The notes beneath the pieces were generated by a model. The model worked only from the letters and a program-made list of their open reading frames with translations, was not told the DNA's origin and ran no database searches. Source: Anaerolineales bacterium (GTDB lineage: Bacteria; Chloroflexota; Anaerolineae; Anaerolineales; E44-bin32). From it: a DNA stretch of 64,000 bases. A program made the translations under genes and the position numbers. Shown here piece by piece: positions 19,054 to 28,871 of this stretch. The stretch lies in NCBI GenBank assembly GCA_034430795.1, contig DAOUDJ010000209.1:3762-67761 (forward strand), given 5' to 3'. The first letter of the stretch is position 1, and every line of letters begins with the position of its first letter.

Positions 19054-20748
19054 ATGAGCAAGTCGCACAATGATATTAATCCAGAGCTTCGAGCGCGCCT
19101 TCTTGAGAAAGCTCTAGAGATCGATGGGGCCACTCTGAGCCAGATGGTCTTCGCCAGTCTGGACTGGCTCCGAACCAACCAACAGCTCGTCAACTCATTG
19201 AATGTTTTCCCCGTTCCAGACGGTGATACTGGAACCAACATGGTACTGACGATGCAATCGGCAGTCGACGAGATCGTCAACATTAGCGAATATCCAGTAG
19301 GAGAAGTAGCTGCCGCGATAGCGCAAGGCGCACTCATGGGCGCGCGCGGCAATTCCGGTGTCATCCTTTCGCAGATCTGGCGCGGCTTCGCCCGTGTTCT
19401 AGAAGGGAAAGAATTGATGAGCGCCGAATCCTTCACTTCCGCCCTAAAAGAGGCCAGTGAGACGGCGTACAAAGGCGTCGTACGCCCCGTTGAGGGGACA
19501 ATCCTCACCGTCTCGAAGGATGTTGCTGCTGAGGCAGAGAAAGCATTGGAGAATGGAACTACATCCACCCTCGAGCTTCTTGAGCGGGTAGTAGAAGCCG
19601 CCGACGATTCCGTCGAACGAACACCCGATCTCCTTCCAGTTTTAAAGGACGCCGGTGTCGTCGATAGCGGCGGCAAAGGTTTGTTCTTTATCCTGGAAGG
19701 CATGCTCCGCGCAGCTTACCGACTGCCACTTGATCAACCGCTTCTTAGCGTCCAACCTTTGAGTTCGCTGGACTTAGACAGAGCGGCAGAGTCCATCGAG
19801 CCTGGCCAGGATTGGGAAGTCATCATTGACTTCTCTCCCGAGGAGCTTCTAGATCTCGAAACCTTCTACACAAAACTAGATGGGATTGGCACGTCAATCC
19901 AGGTCGGCGAGGGCGATGGGATGTATCGCATGCATATCCACGTGGAGGATAACAAAGAGTACGAGCCTATTGACTACATTAAAGGCTTAGGGACGATCAC
20001 AAATATTGCCATAGAGAACCTGATGGTTCAAACCGCAAAACCCGAGGATGATCACTCTCTGTCCGAGATCCGCCTTCAACCCATTGAACCCGGAGAGATC
20101 GCAGTGGTTGCCGTCGCACCAGGAATGGGTCTCGCCCGAGTTTTCGCCAGCCTGGGAGTCACTGCTCTCATCGAGGGCGGTCAGACGATGAATCCCAGCA
20201 CGCAGGAAATCATGAGCGCATTTGAAAATCTGCCAACAGATCAGGTCGTGATCCTGCCCAACAATAAGAATATCATCCTCGCCGCACAACAAGCGACCGA
20301 GCTTACCGTAAAGAAAGTCGCGCTCATTCCCACCGTATCCGTTCCACAGGGTATTGCCGCTATGTTCGCCTGGACCCCTGACGGTAATTTCGAAGCCACG
20401 GTCACTGCGATGGAGGCGGCGCTCGAATCAATTCAATCCGCCGCAATCACAACCGCCACTCGTTCAGTTGAAATTGATGGTGTTAAGGTGGAAACAGGGC
20501 AGGTGATCGGTTTGCTCAATGGAAAACTTGCGTGCTCAGGACAATCGATCGAAGATGTCCTGAACGCCATTCTCAAGGATGCTTCAACAGAGAAATATGA
20601 ATTGATTACTCTATATTACGGTGAAGACTTAAATGCGATGCAGGCTAACCAGCTCGCAGATATCGCGCGCGAGCTCTACCCGAAGCAGGAGATCGAAGTC
20701 CACGAGGGCACTCAACCTCATTATCAACTCATCCTTTCCATCGAGTAA
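19054..20748 (+). CDS. DAK2-domain protein (YloV / fatty-acid kinase FakA-like)
   Basis: 564 aa. DhaL-type motif FPVPDGDTGTNM. The domain layout resembles YloV/FakA. Confidence 0.85.
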   Translation: MSKSHNDINPELRARLLEKALEIDGATLSQMVFASLDWLRTNQQLVNSLNVFPVPDGDTGTNMVLTMQSAVDEIVNISEYPVGEVAAAIAQGALMGARGNSGVILSQIWRGFARVLEGKELMSAESFTSALKEASETAYKGVVRPVEGTILTVSKDVAAEAEKALENGTTSTLELLERVVEAADDSVERTPDLLPVLKDAGVVDSGGKGLFFILEGMLRAAYRLPLDQPLLSVQPLSSLDLDRAAESIEPGQDWEVIIDFSPEELLDLETFYTKLDGIGTSIQVGEGDGMYRMHIHVEDNKEYEPIDYIKGLGTITNIAIENLMVQTAKPEDDHSLSEIRLQPIEPGEIAVVAVAPGMGLARVFASLGVTALIEGGQTMNPSTQEIMSAFENLPTDQVVILPNNKNIILAAQQATELTVKKVALIPTVSVPQGIAAMFAWTPDGNFEATVTAMEAALESIQSAAITTATRSVEIDGVKVETGQVIGLLNGKLACSGQSIEDVLNAILKDASTEKYELITLYYGEDLNAMQANQLADIARELYPKQEIEVHEGTQPHYQLILSIE

Positions 20749-20757
20749 GTATCGCCT

Positions 20758-21615
20758 ATGATTAAAATTGTCACCGACGCTGCGGTTAGATTCACATCGG
20801 CGAACTTCGCCCAGAAACACGGGATAACAATCGCCCCAACATCTGTCCATTATGGAGATGTCCACATCTCCGATGGCCCCGATGCTGACTTGCGTGATCT
20901 CCGTCCTGCGCTTAAAGGGGGGGAGCAGGAAATACGTATTGAGAGCCCCTCCGTCGATCTCATCGCAGAGATTTATGCACGTCTAAGCGGCCAGACGAAT
21001 TACATCTTATCCATTCATACAACCTCTGGGTTGACCGATACATTTATAAACGCACAAAAAGCCAGTCAGCAATTCCTGGGGAGAGTGGACATCGACGTCG
21101 TCGATTCCCAAACCACGTCTATTGGACTGGGACTGCTGGTACAAACCTCCGTACAAGGGATTCAGCGGGGCGAATCGCTGGAGAAGTTGGTAAAAACAGT
21201 TCGCGGAATGATTACCCGTCTCTATACGGTCATGTTTCTCGATGATCTTTCCTATCTGGAACGAAACCAACTTGTAAGTCAATCACAGGCAATTCTGGGA
21301 AATATGTTGGGGATTATTCCATTCCTGACAATCGAAGATGGTGAACTGCAACCAATGGAGAAGGTCCGATCAAGAGTGCGGGCCCTCGAGAAGCTAATCG
21401 AATTCGTTTGTGAATTTTCGGGGGTAGACCACCTGGGTATCCTTCACGGATATGGGAAGCCGACGCAAGACGCACTTTATATCGCTGAACGACTTCGCTC
21501 TTTATATCCGAGCTCTCCGATTTCACAGGTATGCTACGGTCCTACGCTGGCAGCATATATTGGCTTCAACGGTCTTGGGGCGATCGTGCTGGAATCAAAA
21601 GAGGAATCCATATGA
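20758..21615 (+). CDS. DegV-family fatty-acid-binding protein (FakB-like) 1
   Basis: 285 aa. The N-terminus (IKIVTDAA) and overall sequence are DegV-like, though more divergent than the next gene. Confidence 0.8.
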   Translation: MIKIVTDAAVRFTSANFAQKHGITIAPTSVHYGDVHISDGPDADLRDLRPALKGGEQEIRIESPSVDLIAEIYARLSGQTNYILSIHTTSGLTDTFINAQKASQQFLGRVDIDVVDSQTTSIGLGLLVQTSVQGIQRGESLEKLVKTVRGMITRLYTVMFLDDLSYLERNQLVSQSQAILGNMLGIIPFLTIEDGELQPMEKVRSRVRALEKLIEFVCEFSGVDHLGILHGYGKPTQDALYIAERLRSLYPSSPISQVCYGPTLAAYIGFNGLGAIVLESKEESI

Positions 21616-22460
21616 CCAGCAAATCTGGTTCTATTGCCATCGTGACGGACAGCACGGCTGACCTCCCAGATGAAACTGCAGAATCGCTGAACATCTCTGT
21701 GATCCCAGCGGTGTTGACCCTGGATGGTAAGACGTACGTGGATGGTCAAGATATATCAAGAGCCGAGTTCTACCAGCGAATGCCAACCCTACGGACACCG
21801 CCCACGACGGCTGTGCCCTCCGCAATCGTCTTCGAAGAGACATATCAACGTCTGCTTGAAAGCGGCGTCGAGCGTATTCTTTCGATCCACTTATCTTCCC
21901 AGCTAAGCGGCATGATCAACACTGCCTTACAAGCCGCGCACAGCTTTGGCGACCGCGTGAAAGTGTTCGACAGCAGCCAGCTCAGCCTGGGTACTGGCTT
22001 CCAGGCCATCGAGGCTGCCCGAGTGGTCGAGGAAGGGTTGGATTTCGATCAAGTTGTGAGCACAGCGAGGCACTTTCGAGAGAAAGCGTATGTCGTTGCG
22101 TTGATTGATCGACTCGAATATATGCGCCGAAGCGGGCGAGTTAACTGGCTACGAGCCAATATTGGTGATTTTCTTCAAATCAAGCAATTGGTGGAAGTAA
22201 AGGATGGACTCGTTAACGCGCTTACACGAACTCGAACATACACGAAAGCATTTGAGCGATTAATCTCTATCGCCTCTACTTGGAGTAATATTAGACGTCT
22301 CGCCGTGCTCCACTCAGGAGCATCAGAAAAAGCTAAGGAGCTCACCGAGCGGGTGGCTGATCTGTGCCCAAACCCTTTGATGATCGTCAATGTAACCACA
22401 GTCATCGGTGTCCACGTTGGACCAGGATGCGTTGGGCTCGCGGTTTTAACCCAGAATTAA
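21612..22460 (+). CDS. DegV-family fatty-acid-binding protein (FakB-like) 2
   Basis: Trimmed to the ATG at 21612, which overlaps the upstream stop (ATGA). Contains IAIVTDSTADLP and SIHLSSQLSGM. Confidence 0.85.
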   Translation: MTSKSGSIAIVTDSTADLPDETAESLNISVIPAVLTLDGKTYVDGQDISRAEFYQRMPTLRTPPTTAVPSAIVFEETYQRLLESGVERILSIHLSSQLSGMINTALQAAHSFGDRVKVFDSSQLSLGTGFQAIEAARVVEEGLDFDQVVSTARHFREKAYVVALIDRLEYMRRSGRVNWLRANIGDFLQIKQLVEVKDGLVNALTRTRTYTKAFERLISIASTWSNIRRLAVLHSGASEKAKELTERVADLCPNPLMIVNVTTVIGVHVGPGCVGLAVLTQN

Positions 22461-22500
22461 ACTCTGGCACTTTTACACCATCCCGCGTATATTTATCATA

Positions 22501-25023
22501 ATGAACCCATCACTAGACAAACTCTCGAAATTCCTTCGACTTGAAGCCGAGCGCGCTTATGATAACCGGGCGGTCGTCGGCGGCCTCCAGCAGATGCTAG
22601 AACCCTGGGCGGAAGAAGCGAAAGCGTCAAGCTTGACGGATTCGTCCATCGAACTGGTCGTCTCCCGGCTACGTGACTACGGCCGGCTCTCCCCAAAATC
22701 CCGCTATGAATCACTCCAGGGTCTATGGAACCGGCTTCGCACGGCTCATCCCGAGCTTGACGACAACCTTCTTATTAAACTGCCCACCGGGGAATCCCCC
22801 CCATCATTAGATCCGACGGTCATCGAATCAGACACTCTGGAAACAACCGAAACCCAGGATAACCTCCCCTCAGCTCCATTACAGAAAAGCGTTGAGGAGA
22901 AGGCACCTCCAACCGCAGTGGATGTGGAAGAGAAAGATTCCACCCCGCCTGCACCGCCTGTCGCGCTCACCGCGCCCCTAACCACCCTGCAAGGGATCGG
23001 ACCTAAGTCGGCGAAGACACTTTCGAAGCTGGACCTCGAGAATCTCGGCGACTTACTCTGGCATCTTCCCCGCCGTTACGACGATTACTCCCAACTCGAA
23101 ACGATCAACCGTCTCTGGTATGGTCAGGATGTTACAGTCATCGGAACGATCGAGAAAATCGAGATGCGTGCAGTTCGTGGCGGTCGCATGAAGCTCACCG
23201 AAGCCGTGGTGAGCGACGGAACAGGATCCCTGCGGGTTACCTGGTTTAATCAACCATGGATTGCGAATAAATTAAAACCCGGGCGGGGTATTGTGTTATC
23301 CGGGAAAATCGACCAGTACCTCGGCCGACTCACGATGAACAGTCCCGAGTGGGAGCCGCTCGAGCGGCATCAACTTCATACAAATCGCATCGTGCCGGTG
23401 TACCCTCTGACTGCTGGCGTGTCTGGGAAGTGGCTGCGGCGGGTGATCCACTCCATCGTTCAGCGCTTGGCTTCCCGTGTCCCGGATCCAATCCCTTCCG
23501 GGATTCGCCAGTCCGCAGGTCTCGTGCCTCTAAGCGTTGCCCTACAACAAATACATTTCCCTGACAACCAGGATCAACTGACTAAAGCGCAGCACCGGCT
23601 GGCCTTTGGCGAGATGTTCTTGCTCCAGTTGGGCGTATTGCGGCAAAAACAGGATTGGGAACAACTCGATTCCGAACCCCTTCAGGTCGAAGATCAATGG
23701 CTCGACCACTTCACATCTAACCTTCCATACACCCTCACCAATGCCCAGAAAGGCGCGTTGGACGATATTCGTAAGGATATGGCCTCATCGAAACCCATGA
23801 ATCGCTTGCTCCAGGGAGATGTTGGATCTGGGAAAACTGTGGTTGCCGCGGCCGCTATTGGAATCAGCGCCGCGAACAAGGCGCAATCCGCTTTTATGGC
23901 ACCCACGAGCATCCTTGCCGATCAGCACTTTCATACCCTGCGCGAACTGCTTCCCGTTTCAGCACAAATTCCTGAAGATTCCATACGGCTGCTTATCGGC
24001 GCCACTCCCGAAGCCGAGAAAAACGAGATCCGCCAAGGGTTAGAAGATGGTGCGGTCCAAGTCATCATCGGCACCCACGCGCTGATCGAAGATCCGGTAA
24101 ACTTCAAACGACTTGGGCTAGTGATCATCGACGAGCAACATCGCTTCGGTGTAGAGCAGCGGGCCGCCCTACGCGACAAAGGGCAGAACCCGAATCTGTT
24201 GGTTATGACCGCGACACCGATCCCACGATCGCTCGCGCTGACAGTCTTCGGCGATCTGGATCTGACCCTTCTGGATGAAATGCCTCCCGGTCGCCAGCCA
24301 GTGGATACCCGCGTATTACTGCCGCGTGAGCGTTCACGGGCCCATGTATTCGTTGACAGCCAAATAGGAAAAGGAAAACAGGCTTTCATCATCTATCCAC
24401 TCGTCGAGGGCTCAGAGAAGGTCCAGACGAAGGCTGCGGTCGATGAATATCAAATATTACAAGAGAATGTCTTCCCATCCCACAAGGTTGGTTTGCTTCA
24501 CGGACGGATGCGGCAAGAAGAAAAAGAGCAGGTTATGGATGGTTTTCGAAAAGGTGAGTACGATGTCTTGGTGTCCACTTCAGTCGTTGAAGTGGGCATG
24601 GATATCCCGAATGCGACTGTGATGCTCATCGAGGGGGCAAATCATTTCGGGCTTGCGCAGCTTCACCAATTCAGAGGCCGCGTTGGTCGGGGGGATTCTC
24701 AGTCCTTTTGTCTACTTATTCCCGACCGCGATGATGACGTCGAGAATACCCGTTTGACCGCCATGCAAGCAACGAATGACGGTTTCGAACTCGCCGATTT
24801 GGATCTCGAACAACGCGGTCCAGGCGATTTCCTTGGCACTCGCCAATCTGGTTTTGCGCAGCTCCGTACAGCTCAACTCACTGATATCCGCTTGATTGAG
24901 AAAGCACGTCGAGAGGCGATCCGCCTTTTCGAAGAGGACCCAGACCTTACTAAACCCGAGCACGAGGCGCTTGCACTGGAGCTGGCACGCTTCTGGTCTA
25001 TCGAGAAGGGAGAAATCAACTGA
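22501..25023 (+). CDS. recG: ATP-dependent DNA helicase RecG with ~155-aa N-terminal extension
   Basis: 840 aa. The wedge region begins near LQGIGPKSAKTLSKL..LPRRYDDY. Helicase motifs GDVGSGKT, DEQHRFG, TATPIPR and QLHQFRGRVGRG. Confidence 0.9.
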   Translation: MNPSLDKLSKFLRLEAERAYDNRAVVGGLQQMLEPWAEEAKASSLTDSSIELVVSRLRDYGRLSPKSRYESLQGLWNRLRTAHPELDDNLLIKLPTGESPPSLDPTVIESDTLETTETQDNLPSAPLQKSVEEKAPPTAVDVEEKDSTPPAPPVALTAPLTTLQGIGPKSAKTLSKLDLENLGDLLWHLPRRYDDYSQLETINRLWYGQDVTVIGTIEKIEMRAVRGGRMKLTEAVVSDGTGSLRVTWFNQPWIANKLKPGRGIVLSGKIDQYLGRLTMNSPEWEPLERHQLHTNRIVPVYPLTAGVSGKWLRRVIHSIVQRLASRVPDPIPSGIRQSAGLVPLSVALQQIHFPDNQDQLTKAQHRLAFGEMFLLQLGVLRQKQDWEQLDSEPLQVEDQWLDHFTSNLPYTLTNAQKGALDDIRKDMASSKPMNRLLQGDVGSGKTVVAAAAIGISAANKAQSAFMAPTSILADQHFHTLRELLPVSAQIPEDSIRLLIGATPEAEKNEIRQGLEDGAVQVIIGTHALIEDPVNFKRLGLVIIDEQHRFGVEQRAALRDKGQNPNLLVMTATPIPRSLALTVFGDLDLTLLDEMPPGRQPVDTRVLLPRERSRAHVFVDSQIGKGKQAFIIYPLVEGSEKVQTKAAVDEYQILQENVFPSHKVGLLHGRMRQEEKEQVMDGFRKGEYDVLVSTSVVEVGMDIPNATVMLIEGANHFGLAQLHQFRGRVGRGDSQSFCLLIPDRDDDVENTRLTAMQATNDGFELADLDLEQRGPGDFLGTRQSGFAQLRTAQLTDIRLIEKARREAIRLFEEDPDLTKPEHEALALELARFWSIEKGEIN

Positions 25024-25550
25024 TGGTACGAGCAGTTTTCCCGGGGACATTCGATCCTGTTCACTTTGGTCATATTGACATCGCAAATCGAGCCGCACGG
25101 ATTTTCGATGAGCTCATCATCGCAGTTTACGACAACCCGCCGAAAAACCTACTCTTCTCAGCAGACGAACGCCTGGAAATGGCCAACAGAGCCTTCGCTG
25201 ATAATGAGCGGATTACCGCGAGCATCTTCAGTGGACTGATTGTTAAATATTGTCGTGACGTTGATGCTAAGGTGATTGTCCGCGGTTTGCGCGTATTCTC
25301 CGATTTTGAACACGAATTCCGCATGGCCCTGGCAAACCACCGCCTGGACTCGGATATTGACGTCGTTCTATTAATCACCAGCGAGGAGCACAGCTTTCTT
25401 ACCGGCAGTACGGTCAAGGAGATCGCCTCTTTAGACGGCGATGTGACCACACTTGTTCCAGATTTTGTCCATACTGCTCTGACAAAACGTTTCCAAGATC
25501 TTGGCGATGATGGGCCCAATGTCGTCCCGATGACTTCATTGCGAGATTGA
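25023..25550 (+). CDS. coaD: phosphopantetheine adenylyltransferase
   Basis: 175 aa. Contains AVFPGTFDPVHFGHIDI. The start overlaps the recG stop. Confidence 0.95.
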   Translation: MVRAVFPGTFDPVHFGHIDIANRAARIFDELIIAVYDNPPKNLLFSADERLEMANRAFADNERITASIFSGLIVKYCRDVDAKVIVRGLRVFSDFEHEFRMALANHRLDSDIDVVLLITSEEHSFLTGSTVKEIASLDGDVTTLVPDFVHTALTKRFQDLGDDGPNVVPMTSLRD

Positions 25551-25650
25551 GCAATGTTGACGTCAAAACGTGTTTGGTGTACGCTTCGGCCCAAACCTTG
25601 CATCCTGGGAATCAGGTCCATCTGAACAACGGGGTGGACCGGAGGGATCT

Positions 25651-26157
25651 ATGGATATCCTGCACTTAGTGGACCGATTGGAAGAACTCTTCAATGATTG
25701 TTTTGCGATTCCACTGACCAATAACGTCATCGTCAACGAAGATCGAATGCTGGAGATTATCGACCAGATGCGTATCTCAATCCCTGATGAGGTGAAGAAC
25801 GCACAACAGATTATCGCACAGCGCGATCGTGTTTTAGCCCAGGCGCAGGAAGAAGCCCATCGGACGGTTAAACTGGCGAAAGATAAGGGGGACGACATCA
25901 TCGCTCGTGATGCTATTGTTGAAGCGGCCCAGGGTCGCGCTGATCAAATTATCGCTCAGGCGCGGGTCGAAGTAGAAAATATCCGCATCGAAGCGGATGA
26001 TTACATCATCGAAACACTGGGAGCACTCGAAAACGAGCTCTCCAATTTAATCAATCAAGCTCGAAATGGAATCGCCAAATTAACTGCTGAAAGACAGGGT
26101 TTCGCCGGTGAGTTTGAAGATAGTGTCGAGGAGGCTGAAAAAGAAGCAGAGGAATAG
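25651..26157 (+). CDS. hypothetical coiled-coil protein
   Basis: Trimmed to the ATG at 25651, after GGAGGG. The sequence is heptad-like and rich in A/E/Q/R. No catalytic motifs recognised. Confidence 0.5.
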   Translation: MDILHLVDRLEELFNDCFAIPLTNNVIVNEDRMLEIIDQMRISIPDEVKNAQQIIAQRDRVLAQAQEEAHRTVKLAKDKGDDIIARDAIVEAAQGRADQIIAQARVEVENIRIEADDYIIETLGALENELSNLINQARNGIAKLTAERQGFAGEFEDSVEEAEKEAEE

Positions 26158-26249
26158 CCCGCGAAAACCACCTTTTGTGTTGAAGCGCAGAGAGAAGCAG
26201 TGACCGCTCTCACCAAATATTTCTTCAAGGTTCGGCGGGCTTTTTTTTT
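26157..26249 (+). terminator. long imperfect hairpin followed by T9
   Basis: gcccgc(ga)aacc ... ggtt(cg)gcgggc encloses the nested pairs ttgaag/cttcaa and gagag/ctctc, and is followed by ttttttttt at 26241..26249. Lies between two convergent genes. Confidence 0.4.
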
Positions 26250-26278
26250 AAACCAATCTGAGACCTCGCACCTTCAGT

Positions 26279-27952
26279 TTAAACACCTTTAGCAGTTTCG
26301 TCTCCATCCAGTGACTGTTCCGCTATAAGTTGGGAATCATCCTGTTTCTCGCGGGAGAGGCGGGCAGCTACTTCAATGAAACGCTTGAAAAGTGGATGGG
26401 GGCGGTTAGGGCGTGATAGGAACTCAGGATGGAACTGACTTCCAATCATGAAGGGATGGTCCGTTAACTCTGCGATTTCCACAAGCCTGCCATCCGGTGA
26501 TTCCCCGGAGAAAATCATACCTTTTGAGTTGAAGATCTCTCGGTAGCTGTTGTTGAACTCAAATCGGTGGCGGTGACGCTCTTGCACTAAAGCTTGACCG
26601 TATGCGTCCGCCGCGATTGAGCCATCAAGAAGCTGACACGGGTACAATCCTAACCTCATCGTCCCACCTAATTCACCAATGCCGCGCTGCTCGGGGAGTA
26701 GATCGATCACAGGATGCGGTGTATTCCGGTTGAACTCTGTCGAGTTAGCATCCTCAGAATCAAACACATAGCGTCCAAATTCGATAACCATCACCTGCAT
26801 TCCAAGGCATAACCCCAGGTAAGGCACGCGCTTCTCACGGGCATAACGAGCAGCCGAGATTTTTCCCTCAATCCCCCGTGCGCCGAATCCGCCAGGTACG
26901 ATGATCCCATCCGCCTGTTCAAGCTCGTCCCAGCCTTTCCCGCGTTCCAATTCAGCAGAATGCAGCCAAAGGATCTCCGCGTCCACACCCACGGTCAACG
27001 ACGCGTGGCGCACCGCCTCACGGACGCTCATATAAGCATCTTTTAGCTCCACGTATTTCCCCACAAGGGCAATTTTGACCTTCGGTCGAGGTCTGCGTTG
27101 CTCCGCGATCAAAGATTCCCACTCAGTCCAATCTGGTTTCTTGCGGCTTTCGAGACCCATGCGAGATAGGACGTACTTTCCAACCCCTTCCTTTTCCAGC
27201 AAGAGCGGTATTTCATACAGAACTGATGTCGTGGGAAGGGGAATCACCGCTCGCACCTCGACATCGCAGAACAAGGCAATCTTCTCGCACAGTTCCTGCC
27301 CCATGGGGTAATCCGACCGGGCGATGATCACGTCTGGCTGAATACCAATCGAGCGCAGCTCACGAACCGAATGCTGGGTTGGTTTGGTCTTCAACTCACC
27401 CGTCGCGCCGATATGAGGGAGCCAAGTGACATGGATGTAGACGGTATTCTCGCGACCCAGATTCGCGCGCATCTGACGTAGCGCCTCGAGGAACGGCAAC
27501 GATTCGATGTCCCCAACCGTACCACCAACTTCTACAAGGACGATCTCTGCATTTGTGGCCGCCGGGACAAGGCTGATCGTTCGTTTGATTTCGTTCGTGA
27601 TGTGGGGGATCACCTGGATTGTGCCCCCCAAGAAATCTCCCTTCCGCTCACGAGCGATAACCTCAGAATAAATTTGTCCCGTGGTGATGTTGCAAACAGA
27701 GCTGAGGCTGGCATCGATGAAACGCTCGTAATGTCCTAGGTCTAAATCTGTCTCAGAGCCATCATCCAAGACATAAACCTCGCCATGTTGATAAGGGCTC
27801 ATTGTGCCCGGATCAACGTTAATATAAGGATCGAGCTTCTGGATGGAAACCGCAAAACCGCGTTCTTTCAGCACCTTACCTAATGCAGCCGCGGTGACCC
27901 CTTTGCCAACGGAGCTCACTACACCACCAGTCAGGAAGATATATTTTTCCAT
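26279..27952 (-). CDS. pyrG: CTP synthase
   Basis: 557 aa. N-terminus [16 protein letters not shown]. Glutamine amidotransferase domain motif GLCLGMQ. Confidence 0.95.
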   Translation of the reverse strand: MEKYIFLTGGVVSSVGKGVTAAALGKVLKERGFAVSIQKLDPYINVDPGTMSPYQHGEVYVLDDGSETDLDLGHYERFIDASLSSVCNITTGQIYSEVIARERKGDFLGGTIQVIPHITNEIKRTISLVPAATNAEIVLVEVGGTVGDIESLPFLEALRQMRANLGRENTVYIHVTWLPHIGATGELKTKPTQHSVRELRSIGIQPDVIIARSDYPMGQELCEKIALFCDVEVRAVIPLPTTSVLYEIPLLLEKEGVGKYVLSRMGLESRKKPDWTEWESLIAEQRRPRPKVKIALVGKYVELKDAYMSVREAVRHASLTVGVDAEILWLHSAELERGKGWDELEQADGIIVPGGFGARGIEGKISAARYAREKRVPYLGLCLGMQVMVIEFGRYVFDSEDANSTEFNRNTPHPVIDLLPEQRGIGELGGTMRLGLYPCQLLDGSIAADAYGQALVQERHRHRFEFNNSYREIFNSKGMIFSGESPDGRLVEIAELTDHPFMIGSQFHPEFLSRPNRPHPLFKRFIEVAARLSREKQDDSQLIAEQSLDGDETAKGV

Positions 27953-27979
27953 CTCAGCTCACCTCCCTCATACAACTTT

Positions 27980-28024
27980 GGTTAAAAGAGAAGTGGGGAG
28001 GGTCATGTTGGTGACCCTCCCCAC
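27980..28024 (-). terminator. intrinsic terminator / attenuator in the pyrG leader
   Basis: Minus strand reads GTGGGGAGGGTCA-ccaaca-TGACCCTCCCCAC, a perfect 13-bp stem, followed by TTCTCTTTTAACC. It ends 40 nt before the pyrG ATG, and no room for a promoter remains downstream of it. Confidence 0.6.
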
Positions 28025-28070
28025 CTGATTTCGAGACTTCCGCTCGAATGGATAGCTGTTTGCCTTCTCA

Positions 28071-28442
28071 CTAGACTAGGTTCTCCAAATCCGCGGCGGC
28101 ACGCCTCATCTCGAGAAAAACCAGCCCGAGCTTCGCTTGCCTACGTGCCAAGACGGTTAAAACAGCGCCATTACCAATCGAGGTAAGGAGGACGTAGCCC
28201 TCATCACCATGAATGTACACCTCATCCAGGGAACCCCGACCCAGTTCGCCAGCGATCCGCTCGCCCAGGCTGAGCATAGCCGCAGACATCGCCGCAACCC
28301 GATCCTCTTCCACGGAAGAAGGTAGTGCGGCGGCGATCGTAAGACCATCAACACTCACTACAGCCGATGCTTCTACGTCGGGCGTTCTGCCCTGCATATC
28401 TTGCAATCGATCGACCATGGCTTCGTGGGCTGTTTTTTCCAT
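28071..28442 (-). CDS. Roadblock/LC7 (MglB-like) domain protein
   Basis: 123 aa. Contains VEASAVVSVDGLTIAAALPSSVEEDRVAAMSAAMLSLGERI and YVLLTSIGNGAVLTVLA. Confidence 0.8.
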   Translation of the reverse strand: MEKTAHEAMVDRLQDMQGRTPDVEASAVVSVDGLTIAAALPSSVEEDRVAAMSAAMLSLGERIAGELGRGSLDEVYIHGDEGYVLLTSIGNGAVLTVLARRQAKLGLVFLEMRRAAADLENLV

Positions 28443-28645
28443 CCGAGTTTTCCCCGATCAATTTGATGAACCCCGCCAGTCTACCATAGCCGAGGATGCT
28501 GAGCAAGAAGAATGGGCTACTATGCCGGTTAATTTAAATCATTGCGCGTTCTTTAGCTTCGCTCCCCCCCCCCCGCCTCCGGTCGGGGATATTGCCCCCC
28601 AAACCCTTCTCCGCTTCGCACCGGGGGCACTTGGCGAAACGGGGG

Positions 28646-28682
28646 CCGAGAAATCCCTGGGATGTTGCGCTTGAAGACTCCT
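28646..28682. repeat. dispersed repeat motif copy (cgagaaatccctgg..gactcc type)
   Basis: ccgagaaatccctgggatgttgcgcttgaagactcc matches 39488..39523 (gcgagaaatccctggggtgttgttcttgaggactcc). Confidence 0.75.
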
Positions 28683-28729
28683 TCTACAAAACCAGCGGCA
28701 TCCCTATGAGACGAAATACGCCCCTGAAT

Positions 28730-28812
28730 GTCATTGCGAGCGGAGCGAAGCTATCTTCCTCCATCCTTATCGAGAGATTGCAACGTCGCCCTGGCGGACC
28801 TCTCGCAATGAC
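28730..28812. repeat. 83-bp palindromic (MITE/REP-like) element
   Basis: Terminal inverted repeats gtcattgcgag (28730) and ctcgcaatgac (28802). The internal segment gagattgcaacgtcgccc matches gagattgccacgtcgccc at 4590. Confidence 0.75.
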
Positions 28813-28839
28813 ACGCGCGGCAATGCCTTATCATCTTTT

Positions 28840-28871
28840 GTCTATTTCGAGTACAGCGAGAAATCCTTACG
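28840..28871. repeat. dispersed 35-nt repeat motif copy
   Basis: gtctatttcgagtacagcgagaaatccttacga, compared with gtcatttcaagcgaagcgagaaatccctattacga at 4656. Confidence 0.7.
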
